Shown: positions 44,625 to 56,552, numbered from the stretch's first letter. The stretch is DNA of 64,000 nucleotides from Candidatus Falkowbacteria bacterium (GCA_037440105.1 JBBIUS010000001.1:28945-92944), one strand, 5' to 3'. The notes: generated by a model from the sequence alone, not told the origin. Made by a program: numbers and translations.

Positions 44625-44996
44625 TTACAGTACTTCTGGCGCTAAAGAAATTATTTTTGTAAAATTTTTATTTCGAAGCTCTCGAGCCACTGGTCCAAAA
44701 ATACGGCTTCCTTTTGGTTCTTTGCTTTTTTTATCAATAATTACTGCTGCATTATCATCAAATCGAATATATGTGCCATCCGGCCGCCGTAACTCCTTTT
44801 TGGTTCTAATAATAACAGCAGAGACAATATCACTTTTCTTAACTAAGCCGTGCGGGACAGCTTCTTTGACAACGCAAGTTATAATATCTCCGATTTTAGC
44901 ATATCTTTTCTTATAACCGCCTAAAACTCTAATACATTGGAGTTTTTTTGCTCCTGTATTATCTGCCACTTTTAACATTGTTCGATGTTGTATCAT
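44625..44996 (-). CDS. rplN: 50S ribosomal protein L14
   Basis: [17 protein letters not shown]. Confidence 0.97.
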   Translation of the reverse strand: MIQHRTMLKVADNTGAKKLQCIRVLGGYKKRYAKIGDIITCVVKEAVPHGLVKKSDIVSAVIIRTKKELRRPDGTYIRFDDNAAVIIDKKSKEPKGSRIFGPVARELRNKNFTKIISLAPEVL

Positions 44997-45033
44997 ACTA
45001 GTCTTATTTACTTTGATAATCTCATCATTCTAT

Positions 45034-45291
45034 TTAAGCTTGTTTAACTATTTTAAGCAATCTCCATCTTTTAGTACGCGATAATGGTCTACATTCTTCA
45101 AAAAGCACGATATCGCCGACCTTACATTCGTTTTTCTCGTCGTGTATTTTATATCGTTTACTTACTTTATATCGTTTTTTATATTTTGGATGCGCCTTCA
45201 ACCGCTCAACTAATACCACAGCAGTTTTCTGAGGTTTATCAGACACCACTCTCCCTTTAAAAGTTCTTCTTATTTTAGATTCTTTTTCCAT
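45034..45291 (-). CDS. rpsQ: 30S ribosomal protein S17
   Basis: GRVVSDKPQKTAVVLVER. Confidence 0.95.
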   Translation of the reverse strand: MEKESKIRRTFKGRVVSDKPQKTAVVLVERLKAHPKYKKRYKVSKRYKIHDEKNECKVGDIVLFEECRPLSRTKRWRLLKIVKQA

Positions 45292-45293
45292 AA

Positions 45294-45488
45294 TTATTTT
45301 TTATTTTTAGACTCTTTTAAAACAGTTAAAATTTGGGCAATTAATCTTTTAATTTTGCGGACTTCTCTTACATTTTTAACTTGCTTTGCAAAAATTTTAA
45401 ATCTTAAATCTCTGAGCTTTTCACGAGAAGTGAAAAGAAGTCTATTTAATTCTTTTTCTGATTTTCCGCGCAGTTCTTTAATTTCCAT
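45294..45488 (-). CDS. rpmC: 50S ribosomal protein L29
   Basis: 64 aa, ELRGKSEKELNRLL..REKL..LRF, cluster position. Confidence 0.92.
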   Translation of the reverse strand: MEIKELRGKSEKELNRLLFTSREKLRDLRFKIFAKQVKNVREVRKIKRLIAQILTVLKESKNKK

Positions 45489-45494
45489 AATCGA

Positions 45495-45905
45495 TTATTT
45501 AATCACAAAAGTAGTTTTAACTGACAACTTATGCCCAGCTAACCTCATCGCCTCTCTTGCCGTCTCTTCGGAAACACCATCCATTTCAAATAAAATCATG
45601 CCAGGTTTTACAACGGCCACATAATGATCAACAGAACCTTTACCGCCACCCATTGGAACTTCAGCCCCCTTAGTGGTCACGGGTTTATCTGGAAAAATTC
45701 TAATCCAAATTTTCCCCCCTTTTTTAAGGAATTTTGTAATTGAACGTCTTGCTGCTTCTATCTGGCGAGAAGTAATCCAACCGTGCTCTTTTGATTTCAA
45801 ACCAAAACTGCCAAAACTAATTTCAATCTTCCCTGAGGCTTTTCCTAAACCCCGACGGCGCCCTTTAAACATTTTTCTATATTTAACTTTTTTCGGCATC
45901 AACAT
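45495..45905 (-). CDS. rplP: 50S ribosomal protein L16
   Basis: [19 protein letters not shown]. Confidence 0.97.
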   Translation of the reverse strand: MLMPKKVKYRKMFKGRRRGLGKASGKIEISFGSFGLKSKEHGWITSRQIEAARRSITKFLKKGGKIWIRIFPDKPVTTKGAEVPMGGGKGSVDHYVAVVKPGMILFEMDGVSEETAREAMRLAGHKLSVKTTFVIK

Positions 45906-45925
45906 AAAGTTTTATTTTACTTTTT

Positions 45926-46573
45926 TCACTTTTTAAAAATCTCTCCGCGATAAATCCAAATCTTTAAACCAACTGAACCATAAACAGTTTGTGCGGCTCC
46001 TCGGGCATAATCAATGTCAGCCCTTAAAGTATGAAGTGGAATTTTACCCCAAGAAAGCGTTTCTTCTCTCGCAATTTCAGCTCCGTCAAGCCTACCAGAA
46101 ATAGTCACTTTCACCCCCTGCGCCCCGGCTTTTTCAACGCGGCTTATAGCTTGCTTAATTACTCTTCGGAAAGGAACTCTTTTTTCAATATCAGCAATCA
46201 TATTTTGCAAAACTATCTCTGCGTTAAGACTTGGATTAGGCACTTCTAAAATATTTAAATTGAAATTTATTTTTTTATTTAAAAATTTTTGCTTAAGCTT
46301 CTTTTTTAATTCCTCTGCGCCAGCTCCTGCGCGACCAATAATAATACCTGGTTTTGAAGAATGAATAATTACCGTAAGGGAATTTCTAGATCGCTCAATT
46401 TCAACCTTAGCAACACCGCAATCCTTAAGTTCTCTTTTTATGAAATTTCTGATCTGAATATCCTGCTTTAGGTATTCCTTGAATTCTTTTTTAGTTGAAA
46501 ACCACTTCGAATTCCAGGTATAAATCTGGCTTTCCCCTGTTCTGAAAATTTTTGGATTAACTTTTTGTCCCAT
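45926..46573 (-). CDS. rpsC: 30S ribosomal protein S3
   Basis: MGQKVNPKIFR, KH domain, GRLDGAEIAR. Confidence 0.97.
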   Translation of the reverse strand: MGQKVNPKIFRTGESQIYTWNSKWFSTKKEFKEYLKQDIQIRNFIKRELKDCGVAKVEIERSRNSLTVIIHSSKPGIIIGRAGAGAEELKKKLKQKFLNKKINFNLNILEVPNPSLNAEIVLQNMIADIEKRVPFRRVIKQAISRVEKAGAQGVKVTISGRLDGAEIAREETLSWGKIPLHTLRADIDYARGAAQTVYGSVGLKIWIYRGEIFKK

Positions 46574-46619
46574 GTTACTTACAACCTATAATGGTTGAGA
46601 TTAATTGTTAATATTTTAT

Positions 46620-47159
46620 TTATCCTGTTTTCCGACTGAAAATTTTCTTAAAAAACCCTCTTGCTTTATATTGCTTTGGAATTTCCTTTTCTTCCGGCCT
46701 TTTAGCTTCTTCTAATTTTTCTAAAATTTTCTTTTCCTTTGCAAAAGATTTAAAAGTTGAAACAACCGGCAATTTTTCTTTTTCTTCACTTTTTGGCAAT
46801 TCACCTTTAAAAGAAACTTTGCTTTTCTTTCTCTCATCCAAAACTACAGCGATGTGAGACGATCTCTTACGAATAGGCGTCGCTCTCCCAAAGGCCTTTG
46901 GTTGCCATCGTTTCAAAGTTGGCCCACCATTTACTTGAATCTCTTTTATATATAAATTTTCTTTTTTTAACTTAAAATTATTTAAAGCATTAGCCACTGC
47001 TGATTTAAGCAACTTTAAAACAGGCTCCGCAGCAATTTTATTCATAAACCTTAATTGATTTTCAGCTTCTTCAACATCTAAACCGCGAATTAAATCCGCA
47101 ACCAATCTTACTTTCCTCGGCGACATTCGAATATATTTTACTTGCGCTTTTATTGCCAT
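46620..47159 (-). CDS. rplV: 50S ribosomal protein L22 with a ~60-aa Lys/Glu-rich C-terminal extension
   Basis: RMSPRKVRLVADLIRG. Confidence 0.94.
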   Translation of the reverse strand: MAIKAQVKYIRMSPRKVRLVADLIRGLDVEEAENQLRFMNKIAAEPVLKLLKSAVANALNNFKLKKENLYIKEIQVNGGPTLKRWQPKAFGRATPIRKRSSHIAVVLDERKKSKVSFKGELPKSEEKEKLPVVSTFKSFAKEKKILEKLEEAKRPEEKEIPKQYKARGFFKKIFSRKTG

Positions 47160-47179
47160 AAAAATTTTAGTTTAAATCA

Positions 47180-47518
47180 TTACTTCTTTTCAGTTGAAGT
47201 TTTTTCAGCACTGGCAGCGGCTTTAGCAGCTTCAGCCTGCTTTTGTTCGAGATCTCTTTGCATGCGACCTCCGTGTTTTATAAACTTTCGCGTAGGGGCA
47301 AACTCACCCAATTTATGTCCAATCATATCTTCGATAATAAATACGGGGACATGAATCTTTCCGTTGTGCACGCCAATTGTAAAACCAACCATTTCTGGCG
47401 TTATTGTCGAAGCCCGAGACCACGTCTTTATCACTGTCTTGTCTCCCGGTTTCAACTTTAAAATTTTTGCAAGTAATTTTTGGTCAACAAACGGACCTTT
47501 TTTAAGACTTCTTGGCAT
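47180..47518 (-). CDS. rpsS: 30S ribosomal protein S19 with an Ala/Lys-rich C-terminal extension
   Basis: [22 protein letters not shown]. Confidence 0.96.
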   Translation of the reverse strand: MPRSLKKGPFVDQKLLAKILKLKPGDKTVIKTWSRASTITPEMVGFTIGVHNGKIHVPVFIIEDMIGHKLGEFAPTRKFIKHGGRMQRDLEQKQAEAAKAAASAEKTSTEKK

Positions 47519-47548
47519 AAATTTTATAATCTGTCAATTTTATACTTT

Positions 47549-48376
47549 TTATTTTCTCCTTTTTAAAATAAGTTTATCGCTCCATTTATCTTTTTTTCTG
47601 GTCCTAACGCCAAGAGCATGTTTGCCCCAGAGAGTCTTAGGAAATTTAAGACCTATCGGAGAAACCCCTTCGCCTCCTCCGTGCGGATGATCTACCGGAT
47701 TCATTGCCTTCCCGCGCACAGACGGCCTTATACCCCTTAAGCGCATTCGACCAGCCTTTCCCCACCTTATCAAGCGCCTATCAGAAGCACTAACCTGACC
47801 AATCGTTGCCGCACAATTTTTAGGGACCAATCTGATTTCTCCAGAAGGAAGTTTTAGCTGAGCATAATTATTCTCAACCGCTATTAATTGTACTCCTAAA
47901 CCCGCTCCTCGAGCTATTTTTCCCCCTTCGCCTGGCTGAATTTCAACGTTGCAAACCATTGTCCCAATCGGAATGTGCTCTAAGGGCATTCTATTTCCTA
48001 ATTTGTATTCTATTTTAGATTTTGAAGAAATGATTTCGTCGCCTACCTTTAACCCAAGCGGCGCTAAAACATATCGTTTTTCCTCGTCAGGATACTGAAC
48101 TAAGGCAATACGAGCGCTGCGATTTGGATCATATTCTATGGCAACAACTTTAGCGGGCAAATCAAACTTGTCTTGTTTGAAATCAACAATTCTAATATAT
48201 CTTTTTACCCCGCCGCCTCGGTGGCGAACTGTAATTTTACCGCCTGATCGACCGGCTTTGTTTTTTTTAATAAAAATCAAATTTTTCTCAGGTTCAAATT
48301 TAGTAATATCTTCAAAATCATCAACTGATGATTTCCGGCGGCCGGCGCTTGTTGGCTTGTAAATTTTAATCGGCAT
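47549..48376 (-). CDS. rplB: 50S ribosomal protein L2
   Basis: [17 protein letters not shown]. Confidence 0.97.
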   Translation of the reverse strand: MPIKIYKPTSAGRRKSSVDDFEDITKFEPEKNLIFIKKNKAGRSGGKITVRHRGGGVKRYIRIVDFKQDKFDLPAKVVAIEYDPNRSARIALVQYPDEEKRYVLAPLGLKVGDEIISSKSKIEYKLGNRMPLEHIPIGTMVCNVEIQPGEGGKIARGAGLGVQLIAVENNYAQLKLPSGEIRLVPKNCAATIGQVSASDRRLIRWGKAGRMRLRGIRPSVRGKAMNPVDHPHGGGEGVSPIGLKFPKTLWGKHALGVRTRKKDKWSDKLILKRRK

Positions 48377-48422
48377 ACTTTTAAAATCTTTTGCGAAACG
48401 ATTTTAACAAGATTCGCAAAAA

Positions 48423-48836
48423 TTAGATCTTTTCTTTAACCCCCTCATAAACCTCAATTTTTTCTCCCGGCTTTAAGGTAATTATTGCTTTTTTCCAATT
48501 TTTAGTTCTGCCAGAAGACCTTCCATATCTAACTTTTTTACCTTTCACTTTTATAATATTGATACTTGCTGGCTTTATTTTATAAACACTCTCAAAGGCT
48601 TTAGCAACCTCGATCTTATTTGCTTTTTTAGCTATCTCAAAAATATATTGATTATATTGGCCAAGAAAAGAAGCTTTTTCAGTAATCAAAGGTTTAAGTA
48701 AAATATTTTGGACTCCCTTGAACTCTTTTCTTTCATAAACTTTTACTTTCTTAGCCTCCTCTTTCTTAACCTCTGCTTTTTCTTTTTTGGGCGTTAAAAT
48801 AACTTTTCTTTTTTTAAAAATATCAAACACTTTCAT
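48423..48836 (-). CDS. rplW: 50S ribosomal protein L23 with a ~40-aa Lys-rich N-terminal extension
   Basis: LLKPLITEKASF, cluster position. Confidence 0.92.
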   Translation of the reverse strand: MKVFDIFKKRKVILTPKKEKAEVKKEEAKKVKVYERKEFKGVQNILLKPLITEKASFLGQYNQYIFEIAKKANKIEVAKAFESVYKIKPASINIIKVKGKKVRYGRSSGRTKNWKKAIITLKPGEKIEVYEGVKEKI

Positions 48837-48850
48837 ATCTTAATAAATTC

Positions 48851-49486
48851 TTAATAACTTTTTAGTTTGGTTTCTATTGCTTTAACAACTTCAGGCGTTG
48901 TGAGAAGATAATCGTAATTTAACAAATCATAAATATTCAAATTCCTTGCCTCAATGGTAAAAACTTTGGGCAAATTCGCAGCTGATTTTATAATTTTAAA
49001 ATCCCTGTCTGTAATAGCGATCATCACTGATTTCTCTTTGCAAGGTAAGTTCTCTAAAATTTTTACTAACAGCTTGGTTTTTATTTGGGGCAACTTTAAC
49101 TGATCAAGGAGTAACAATTTCTCATTTGCCACTTTATCAGAAAGGCACATGATTAAAGCTTTCCTTTTCATTTTTTTATTTATTTTTTTCTTAAAATTTC
49201 TTTCCTTTGTCGGACCAAAAGTTACTCCGCCTCCGCGCCAAAGAGGAGAACGAATAGAGCCATGGCGAGCCCGGCCGGTTCCTTTCTGCCGCCATGGTTT
49301 CTTCCCCCCGCCTCTTACCTCACCTCGGTCTTTAGTATGAGCTAAAACCTGTCGTACATTCGCTTTATCTGTAACCAACACTTGATGGACTAAACCTGGC
49401 TTAATTTCAACGCCAAACACAGCTGGATCAAGATTTTCTTCTCCAACCACCTCCCCTTTCATATTGTAAACTTTCACTTTTAGCAT
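48851..49486 (-). CDS. rplD: 50S ribosomal protein L4
   Basis: [37 protein letters not shown]. Confidence 0.96.
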   Translation of the reverse strand: MLKVKVYNMKGEVVGEENLDPAVFGVEIKPGLVHQVLVTDKANVRQVLAHTKDRGEVRGGGKKPWRQKGTGRARHGSIRSPLWRGGGVTFGPTKERNFKKKINKKMKRKALIMCLSDKVANEKLLLLDQLKLPQIKTKLLVKILENLPCKEKSVMIAITDRDFKIIKSAANLPKVFTIEARNLNIYDLLNYDYLLTTPEVVKAIETKLKSY

Positions 49487-49508
49487 AATTAATTACATCT
49501 TTAAAATT

Positions 49509-50111
49509 TTACTGGACGATCAAAACTAAAGCGCCTTTTGCACCAGGGACTGCTCCTTTTAAAGCCAAAATATTTTTTCCCGCATCCACTTCAATCACTT
49601 CTAAATTTTTGACAGTCACGCGCTCACCGCCCATTCTTCCTGCCATCTTTAATCCTTTAAAAACGCGCTGAATTCCGCCTGAACCAATTGAGCCGGGCAT
49701 TCTTTCTGCATCTTTGTGTCCGTGACTCGGCGGATGGCCATGGAAACCGTGGCGTTTTACAACTCCAGCGAATCCCTTCCCCTTTGAAGTGCCAATAATT
49801 TTTACTTTATCGCCGGGCGAAAAAATATTTACCCCGATTTCTTGACCTTTTTTATATTCTCCCAATTCTTCCATCCTAATTTCTCTCAAATAACGAAAAT
49901 TGCCTAATTCTTTTAAATGCCCAGCAAGTGGTTTATTAACTTTACGTTTTAAACCAAAGCCTATTTGAACAGCATTATAGCCGTCTTTTTCTTTGGTTTT
50001 TATTTGGGTTATTTTACATGGCCCAGCTGCAACTAAAGTCACAGGAATAACTGTGCCGTTCTCCTTGAATCTTTGCGACATTTCTAATTTTTCTCCTAAA
50101 ATAAATTTCAT
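49509..50111 (-). CDS. rplC: 50S ribosomal protein L3
   Basis: GKGFAGVVKRHGF. Confidence 0.96.
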   Translation of the reverse strand: MKFILGEKLEMSQRFKENGTVIPVTLVAAGPCKITQIKTKEKDGYNAVQIGFGLKRKVNKPLAGHLKELGNFRYLREIRMEELGEYKKGQEIGVNIFSPGDKVKIIGTSKGKGFAGVVKRHGFHGHPPSHGHKDAERMPGSIGSGGIQRVFKGLKMAGRMGGERVTVKNLEVIEVDAGKNILALKGAVPGAKGALVLIVQ

Positions 50112-50179
50112 AGATAATAGAAATTTGAATTTGAGAGAAGGCTAAAACTGATTCTACCACTATCTACTCACTTCTGCAT

Positions 50180-50225
50180 TCTAAAAATAAAAACCAGAAG
50201 TTAAATTTTTTTTAAATTTAACTTC
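50180..50225 (-). terminator. Terminator-like AT-rich hairpin inside the rpsJ-rplC spacer
   Basis: gaagttaaattt-n5-aaatttaacttc (12 bp), followed on the minus strand by TGGTTTTTATTTTT. Confidence 0.45.
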
Positions 50226-50416
50226 CAGCCTTTAATTTTAATATTCAAATTAAGGCAGTTTAATCGTAATTAATTGTTAAATCTCCTCTGCAACTTTGGA
50301 AATCATAGAGGTTTTGTCCCCTTCCATCGCTTTTTTCGCTTAAAAAATCAACAACTCAATTATCTCTTTTTAAGAAAAGGAACATCTTTCTCTATTTTTC
50401 TTCAGTTGCTTTTATT

Positions 50417-50764
50417 TTACATTTTTATCTCTACATCAACCCCAGAAGGCAAACTTAAATTTGTCAGAGCATCAATAGTCTTTGCCGTAGGCTCTAAGAT
50501 ATCAACCAATCTCTTATGTATTCTGGTTTCGTACTGTTCGCGCGAATCTTTATGAACAAAAGTTGACCGGTTTACTGTATATTTCTTAATCTCAGTTGGC
50601 AAAGGGATCGGCCCAGAAATTTGAGCCCCAGTTCGTTCAGCAGTTTCAATAATCAGCCTTGTCGATTGGTCAATAATCTTATGGTCAAAGGCCTTGATTT
50701 TGATTCTGACCTTCTGCTTAACTTCCACCTGGCTTTCTTTTTCAGTCTTTTTAGAGTTTTCCAT
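50417..50764 (-). CDS. rpsJ: 30S ribosomal protein S10
   Basis: [31 protein letters not shown] at 50764 is preferred over TTG at 50770. Confidence 0.95.
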   Translation of the reverse strand: MENSKKTEKESQVEVKQKVRIKIKAFDHKIIDQSTRLIIETAERTGAQISGPIPLPTEIKKYTVNRSTFVHKDSREQYETRIHKRLVDILEPTAKTIDALTNLSLPSGVDVEIKM

Positions 50765-50785
50765 TTTCAATAAACGTTATTCATT

Positions 50786-51976
50786 TTATTTTATAATTTT
50801 AGTAACCACGCCTGCGCCAACTGTTTTCCCACCCTCTCTTATAGCGAATCTTTGTTTTTCCTCTAAAGCAACTGGGGTAATAAGTTTAATTTTCAGATTA
50901 ACTGTGTCACCTGGCATAACCATTTCTGTGCCGGCTGGCAATTCTATTTCACCAGTAACATCAGTGGTTCTGATATAAAATTGAGGTTTATAACCTTTGA
51001 AAAATGGTTTGTGGCGCCCCCCTTCTTCTTTTGTCAAAGCATAAACTTCTGCTTCAAATTCTTCATGGGGAGTCACTGTCCCTGGTTTTGCTAAAACTTG
51101 CCCGCGCTCAACATCTTCTTTTTTGGTGCCGCGTAAAAGAATTCCAGCATTATCGCCAGCCCTACCTTCGTCTAAGGCTTTATTAAACATTTCAATACCT
51201 GTTACTACTGTTTTTTGAGTCTGGCGCAATCCGACTATTTCTACTTCATCGTTCAATTTTACAACACCTCTTTCAATTCTCCCTGTAACAACAGTCCCCC
51301 TTCCTTCAATTGAAAAAATATCTTCGATTGGCATTAAGAATGGCTTATCGGTTTCGCGGGCCGGTTCTGGAATATATTCATCCAAAGTCTTTACTAATTC
51401 TAAAATCGGCTTGGCTGCCTCTTCATCAGAAGGATTTTGAACTGCCTTTAAGGCAGAGCCGCGAATGATTGGCGTTGTATCACCAGGAAATTGATATTTT
51501 TTAAGCAAATCTCTTATTTCTTCTTCTACCAAATCAATTAATTCTTTATCCTCAACCATGTCAACTTTATTTAGAAAAACAACAATATAAGGTACACCAA
51601 CCTGACGGGCTAAAAGAATATGCTCTCTAGTTTGAGGCATTGGGCCATCGGTTGCTGAGACAACCAAAATCGCTCCGTCCATCTGGGCCGCGCCAGTAAT
51701 CATATTTTTGATATAGTCAGCATGCCCTGGACAATCAACATGAGCATAGTGTCTTTTTTCTGACTCATACTCAACGTGAGCCGTGGCAATAGTAATGCCT
51801 CTTGCTTTTTCTTCAGGCGCATTGTCAATCTGATCAACATTTTTATCTTGGGCTTTCATACCTTTAGCCCGAAGAACCTGAAGAATCGCCGCAGTTAAAG
51901 TTGTTTTTCCATGGTCAACATGGCCAATTGTTCCCACATTAACATGTGGTTTAACTCTTTCAAATTTTTCTGCCAT
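50786..51976 (-). CDS. tuf: Elongation factor Tu
   Basis: [21 protein letters not shown], 396 aa. Confidence 0.98.
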   Translation of the reverse strand: MAEKFERVKPHVNVGTIGHVDHGKTTLTAAILQVLRAKGMKAQDKNVDQIDNAPEEKARGITIATAHVEYESEKRHYAHVDCPGHADYIKNMITGAAQMDGAILVVSATDGPMPQTREHILLARQVGVPYIVVFLNKVDMVEDKELIDLVEEEIRDLLKKYQFPGDTTPIIRGSALKAVQNPSDEEAAKPILELVKTLDEYIPEPARETDKPFLMPIEDIFSIEGRGTVVTGRIERGVVKLNDEVEIVGLRQTQKTVVTGIEMFNKALDEGRAGDNAGILLRGTKKEDVERGQVLAKPGTVTPHEEFEAEVYALTKEEGGRHKPFFKGYKPQFYIRTTDVTGEIELPAGTEMVMPGDTVNLKIKLITPVALEEKQRFAIREGGKTVGAGVVTKIIK

Positions 51977-52086
51977 AATATTTTTACTCCTTTTGCGATT
52001 TGTGTTTTATTTTTCACAATCGCTTTTTAACTAATTATTATTAATTTATTATTATAACACATTATTTATTTAAAAAACAATAATCT

Positions 52087-52419
52087 TTATTCTACTGGTT
52101 CAAAATAGAATTTTTCCCCACTTTCTTTGCCAGCATCTTCAACGGTTTCTTCTGGAATCTGCTCTAATAACTCTTTTTGATAAAACTCATCTTTTTCAAG
52201 CGCTTTTTCCTTAGAAACATTTAAAGCAATGTCACGATTTATTGTATCTATAAACTTATTTTCTGTCAATAACTTCTCAGATTTACTGAATTTATTTTCT
52301 AATAGTTCACCATATTCCTCAAAAGGCAAAATAACAAATACATCTTCGCTGTCTGGATTTATTATAATGACTTTTTCCTTTGTTTTTTTAATTAAATTTA
52401 TAATTTTTTCTAAAGACAT
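52087..52419 (-). CDS. Hypothetical 110-aa acidic protein; the N-terminal ~45 aa resemble a Phd/YefM-type antitoxin fold
   Basis: ORF track. KEKVIIINPDSEDVFVILPFEEYGELLE, then an acidic tail. It starts 8 nt after the fusA stop. The resemblance is pattern-level only. Confidence 0.55.
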   Translation of the reverse strand: MSLEKIINLIKKTKEKVIIINPDSEDVFVILPFEEYGELLENKFSKSEKLLTENKFIDTINRDIALNVSKEKALEKDEFYQKELLEQIPEETVEDAGKESGEKFYFEPVE

Positions 52420-52426
52420 AAATTTA

Positions 52427-54505
52427 TTATTTCGCTTTTCCTTCTATTATTGTTTGAGCAACATGGCTCGGCACCTCCGCGTAATGAGTAAACTCCATAT
52501 TATAGCTTGCCCTGCCTTGAGTCATAGACCGAAGAGATGTCGTATAGCCAAACATTTCTGCTAAAGGAACTTCAGCAGAAATAACTTTCATATTTCCGCG
52601 GTCATCCATTTCTTGAATTTTACCCCTCTTAGCATTTAAATCGCCGATTACTTCTCCCATAAATTCTTGGGGTGTAACTACCTCTACTTTCATTATCGGT
52701 TCAAGCAAAACTAAGCCGGCTTTTTTGGCTGCTTCCTGGAACGCTAATGAACCAGCGATTTTAAAAGCAGCCTCTGAAGAATCAACTTCATGATATGAAC
52801 CATCGTAAACCGTCACTTTAACATCAATAACCGGATAACCTGCCAAGATTCCCTTTTCTTTTGCTTCTTTCACGCCTTTTTGAATCGCCGGAATATACTC
52901 TTTTGGAATAATGCCACCCTTTATTTCATCAAAGAATTCAAAACCTCCACTGCGGGAAAGCGGTTCAACTCGAAGCCAACAGTGGCCGTATTGGCCGCGT
53001 CCGCCTGATTGACGAATATATTTCCCTTCTCCTTCAGCCGTTTTCTTAATTGTTTCTTTATAGGCGACTTGCGGCTTGCCCACATTTGCCTCGACTTTAA
53101 ACTCTCGCTTCATCCGATCAACAATAATTTCGAGATGAAGTTCCCCCATGCCAGAAATCAAAGTTTGAAGTGTTTCTTCATCGGTTTTTATCTTAAAAGT
53201 CGGGTCTTCCTCAGCCAATTTAGAAAGAGCGATACCCATTTTTTCCTGGTCAGCTTTTGTTTTCGGCTCAATGGCAACAGAGATAACCGGCTCTGGGAAA
53301 GTAATTGATTCTAAAACTATTGGATTTTCAACACTACAAAGCGTATGACCAGTAAAGGTATTTTTCAAACCAACGGCAGCAGCAATTTCACCTGCATAAA
53401 TTTCATCAACATCCTCCCGATGATTAGCATGTAATCTTACAATCCGACCAATTCTCTCTTTTTCCCCTGTTGATGTATTTAAAACATAAGAGCCGGCCTT
53501 CAGAACACCTGAATAAACTCTGAAAAAACAAAGTTTGCCAACATATGGATCAGTTGCGACTTTAAAAGCTAGAGCGGTAAATGGCTCTTCATCAGAAGCA
53601 GTTCGAAGAATCTTTTTTTCTTTCTCTTTAGGGTCAAAACCTTCAACAGGAGGAATATCAACTGGTGAAGGCAGATAATCATTAACAGCATCAAGTAAAA
53701 ATTGGACTCCTTTATTTTTTAATGCGCTACCGCACAAGACAGGGACTATGACAAAACTACAAGTGGCTTTTCGCAACACTTTTTTTAAATCGGCTACCTC
53801 TATTTTTTCTCCTGACAAATACTTGTTCATTAACTCTTCGTCATTTTCAACAATGGCTTCTACTAATTTTGAACGGTATTCTTTTACCTTTTCTTTCATA
53901 TCTTCCGGTATAGGTTCTTCTTTAATTTCTTTCCCCATTTCATCCATGTAAATAAAAGCTTTTTCTTCTAAAAGATCAACAACCCCACGGAAATTTTCTT
54001 CAATTCCGATTGGCAATTGAATCGGATAAGCTTTTGGCGTAAGACGGTTATGAATTGATTTTAAATCAGCATAAAAGTCTGCCCCAGTCCGGTCTAATTT
54101 ATTTATAAAACAAAGCCGAGGAACTTTAAATTTATCTGCTTGGTGCCAAACTGTTTCTGACTGAGGTTCAACGCCAGCCACACCATCAAAAACCACAATC
54201 CCGCCATCTAAAACTCGGAGTGACCTTTGTACTTCAGCGGTAAAATCAATATGCCCTGGCGTGTCAATAATATTAATACGGTTTCCCTTCCAAAAACAAG
54301 TTGTAGCTGCTGCAGTAATGGTTATACCTCTTTCGCGCTCTTGTTCCATCCAATCCATTTCTGCTTCGCCGTCATGGACTTCTCCGATTTTATGTTTTTT
54401 CCCAGTGTAATACAAAATCCGCTCAGAGACCGTTGTCTTACCCGCGTCAATGTGAGCGATGATTCCAATATTTCTTGTTTTTTCTAATGAATATTCTCTT
54501 GGCAT
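52427..54505 (-). CDS. fusA: Elongation factor G
   Basis: [21 protein letters not shown], 692 aa. Confidence 0.98.
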   Translation of the reverse strand: MPREYSLEKTRNIGIIAHIDAGKTTVSERILYYTGKKHKIGEVHDGEAEMDWMEQERERGITITAAATTCFWKGNRINIIDTPGHIDFTAEVQRSLRVLDGGIVVFDGVAGVEPQSETVWHQADKFKVPRLCFINKLDRTGADFYADLKSIHNRLTPKAYPIQLPIGIEENFRGVVDLLEEKAFIYMDEMGKEIKEEPIPEDMKEKVKEYRSKLVEAIVENDEELMNKYLSGEKIEVADLKKVLRKATCSFVIVPVLCGSALKNKGVQFLLDAVNDYLPSPVDIPPVEGFDPKEKEKKILRTASDEEPFTALAFKVATDPYVGKLCFFRVYSGVLKAGSYVLNTSTGEKERIGRIVRLHANHREDVDEIYAGEIAAAVGLKNTFTGHTLCSVENPIVLESITFPEPVISVAIEPKTKADQEKMGIALSKLAEEDPTFKIKTDEETLQTLISGMGELHLEIIVDRMKREFKVEANVGKPQVAYKETIKKTAEGEGKYIRQSGGRGQYGHCWLRVEPLSRSGGFEFFDEIKGGIIPKEYIPAIQKGVKEAKEKGILAGYPVIDVKVTVYDGSYHEVDSSEAAFKIAGSLAFQEAAKKAGLVLLEPIMKVEVVTPQEFMGEVIGDLNAKRGKIQEMDDRGNMKVISAEVPLAEMFGYTTSLRSMTQGRASYNMEFTHYAEVPSHVAQTIIEGKAK

Positions 54506-54591
54506 AAAATGTTTTTCTCTTGGTCGAATAAATATTTACTTAGGAACCGCATCAAGACCATAAGTCAGGATTCTTAATTCCTGATTTTAAA

Positions 54592-55062
54592 TCAATATCT
54601 CGCAAAATGAGCAAATGCACGATTTGCTTCTGCCATTCGATGCATATCTTGTTTCTTTTTAATTGCGTCACCTTCGTTATTATAAGCGGATAAAATTTCA
54701 GTTGCTAATTTTTCTTCCATTGGCTTGCCTTTTTTATTTCTTGATGCTTCTATAATCCAACGATAAGCTAAGGCTAACTTTCTTTCGCCACGAACCTGAA
54801 AAGGAATCTGATAATTTGCGCCACCGATTCGACGAGATTTAACTTCAAGCAATGGCGAAACATTTTTAACGGCTTGATTAAATATATCTAAAGGTTCTTG
54901 TTTGGTCTTTTCTTTCAAAATATCAAAAGCCCTATAGACAATTTTTTGAGCTACAGACTTTTTACCTTTCCGCATTATATAATTAATAAATTTAGCAATA
55001 TTAACATTTTTATACTTTGGATCAGGCAATATTTTTCTTTTTGAAGCTTTTTTCCCACGCAT
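54592..55062 (-). CDS. rpsG: 30S ribosomal protein S7
   Basis: 156 aa, [29 protein letters not shown]-type tail. Confidence 0.96.
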   Translation of the reverse strand: MRGKKASKRKILPDPKYKNVNIAKFINYIMRKGKKSVAQKIVYRAFDILKEKTKQEPLDIFNQAVKNVSPLLEVKSRRIGGANYQIPFQVRGERKLALAYRWIIEASRNKKGKPMEEKLATEILSAYNNEGDAIKKKQDMHRMAEANRAFAHFARY

Positions 55063-55112
55063 GATTTTAGTTGATTAGCAAAATAACTTGCTAATTCGAT
55101 TATTTTACTAAA

Positions 55113-55529
55113 TTACTTAGGTGCTTTTACGCCGTAAAGCGATCTGCCGCGCTTTCTTCCTTCAACCCCTTGTGTGTCATAAACACCCCGGACAATGTGA
55201 TATCTTACGCCTGGCAAATCTTTTACCCTCCCACCTCTGATTAAAACTATTGAATGTTCTTGCAAATTATGACCAACCCCAGGAATATAGGCCGTGATTT
55301 CTGTGCCATTGGAAAGTCTGACTCTAGCAATTTTTCGCAAAGCTGAATTCGGTTTCTTTGGAGTGGTTGTGGTTACTTTTAAACAAACCCCCCTCTTAAA
55401 AGAAGAGCCTTTGGGGATTTCTGTTTCTTTTCTTTGGAGAGTATTCAAAACAAATCTCAAAGCCGGGGCCTTGGTCTTCTTAACTGTCGGTTTTCTTTTT
55501 CTTTTTATTAATTGGTTAGTTGTTGGCAT
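55113..55529 (-). CDS. rpsL: 30S ribosomal protein S12
   Basis: [27 protein letters not shown]. Confidence 0.97.
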   Translation of the reverse strand: MPTTNQLIKRKRKPTVKKTKAPALRFVLNTLQRKETEIPKGSSFKRGVCLKVTTTTPKKPNSALRKIARVRLSNGTEITAYIPGVGHNLQEHSIVLIRGGRVKDLPGVRYHIVRGVYDTQGVEGRKRGRSLYGVKAPK

Positions 55530-55711
55530 TTTATTTATTTAAATAAAAAATTTTAATTATAAAAAAACCTTATTAAGGTTCATTTTAAAGTATACATCTC
55601 TTAATTAAAATATCAAAGATGAGATATAAACAAGATATAAACAATACAATTTTATATGTTAAGATTATATTAAAATAAATTTATCGTCAAGTCAAGGTTT
55701 CCATATTAAAT

Positions 55712-56326
55712 TCAAAATAAAACATAACCAGTAATTAATTTGAATAATCCAGCAATAATCGGCGCAATTAATCTAAAGGCAAAAAAAATAAATAAAAATA
55801 AAATCACCAAACCATAACGTTCTAAGAAAATTCTAACATGATCCATTGATGATGGAATAAAGGCAAAGAAAATTTTTGAACCGTCAAGAGGAGGAATGGG
55901 GACTAAATTGAACACGGCTAAAAGTATATTAGCATAAACAATAATACTGAGCAGAAAAGTAAAATTGCTAAAAGGCAAAAAGCGCAAAGCTAATCCTAAA
56001 ACTAAAGCGATAAGTATATTGGCAGCTGGCCCAGCAAATCCAACTAGGGCAGGCCCATATTTTTGGTTACGGAGATTATATGGATTATAAGGAACTGGCT
56101 TAGCATAAGCGAAAATAAAACTTCCCCCAGAAAACAAAAACAAAAAAAGCGGCATCAAAATTGTCCCCCACATATCTATGTGAGCCAAAGGATTTAAAGT
56201 CAGCCTACCTGCATATTTTGCTGTTGGATCTCCTAAATAATTTGCCATCCATCCATGACAATATTCATGAATAATAGCCGAAGGAATAATGATTATAAAA
56301 AAGAATAATAGTTGAATCAAATCCAT
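55712..56326 (-). CDS. Peptidase M50 family (site-2 protease-like) membrane metalloprotease
   Basis: HEYCHGW (HExxH) in TM1, LNPLAHID, multi-TM, 204 aa. Confidence 0.88.
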   Translation of the reverse strand: MDLIQLLFFFIIIIPSAIIHEYCHGWMANYLGDPTAKYAGRLTLNPLAHIDMWGTILMPLFLFLFSGGSFIFAYAKPVPYNPYNLRNQKYGPALVGFAGPAANILIALVLGLALRFLPFSNFTFLLSIIVYANILLAVFNLVPIPPLDGSKIFFAFIPSSMDHVRIFLERYGLVILFLFIFFAFRLIAPIIAGLFKLITGYVLF

Positions 56327-56552
56327 ATATTTAAAAACAATTTACGCCGCTATTTGGCGCCAAGGCCTTGTAGAATTGATAACACGTATTTATTTTTTAC
56401 TTTGCATTTTTTTAATTTCATTTGTTTCATTGAAAGACTCAAAAGTGTTGTTGATGTACTCATCTTGGACAAGTGCTTGCCAATTTAAAATTAATTTGCT
56501 AATCTAATTAAATTAAAACTTGAAATCTTTAATCTTAAATCTCTAATCTAAT

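Noticed and set aside
50274-50555. 93-aa plus-strand ORF in the rpsJ-rplC gap
   Set aside because: It partly overlaps rpsJ in antisense, has no SD, and gives a low-complexity translation. The gap is treated as non-coding.
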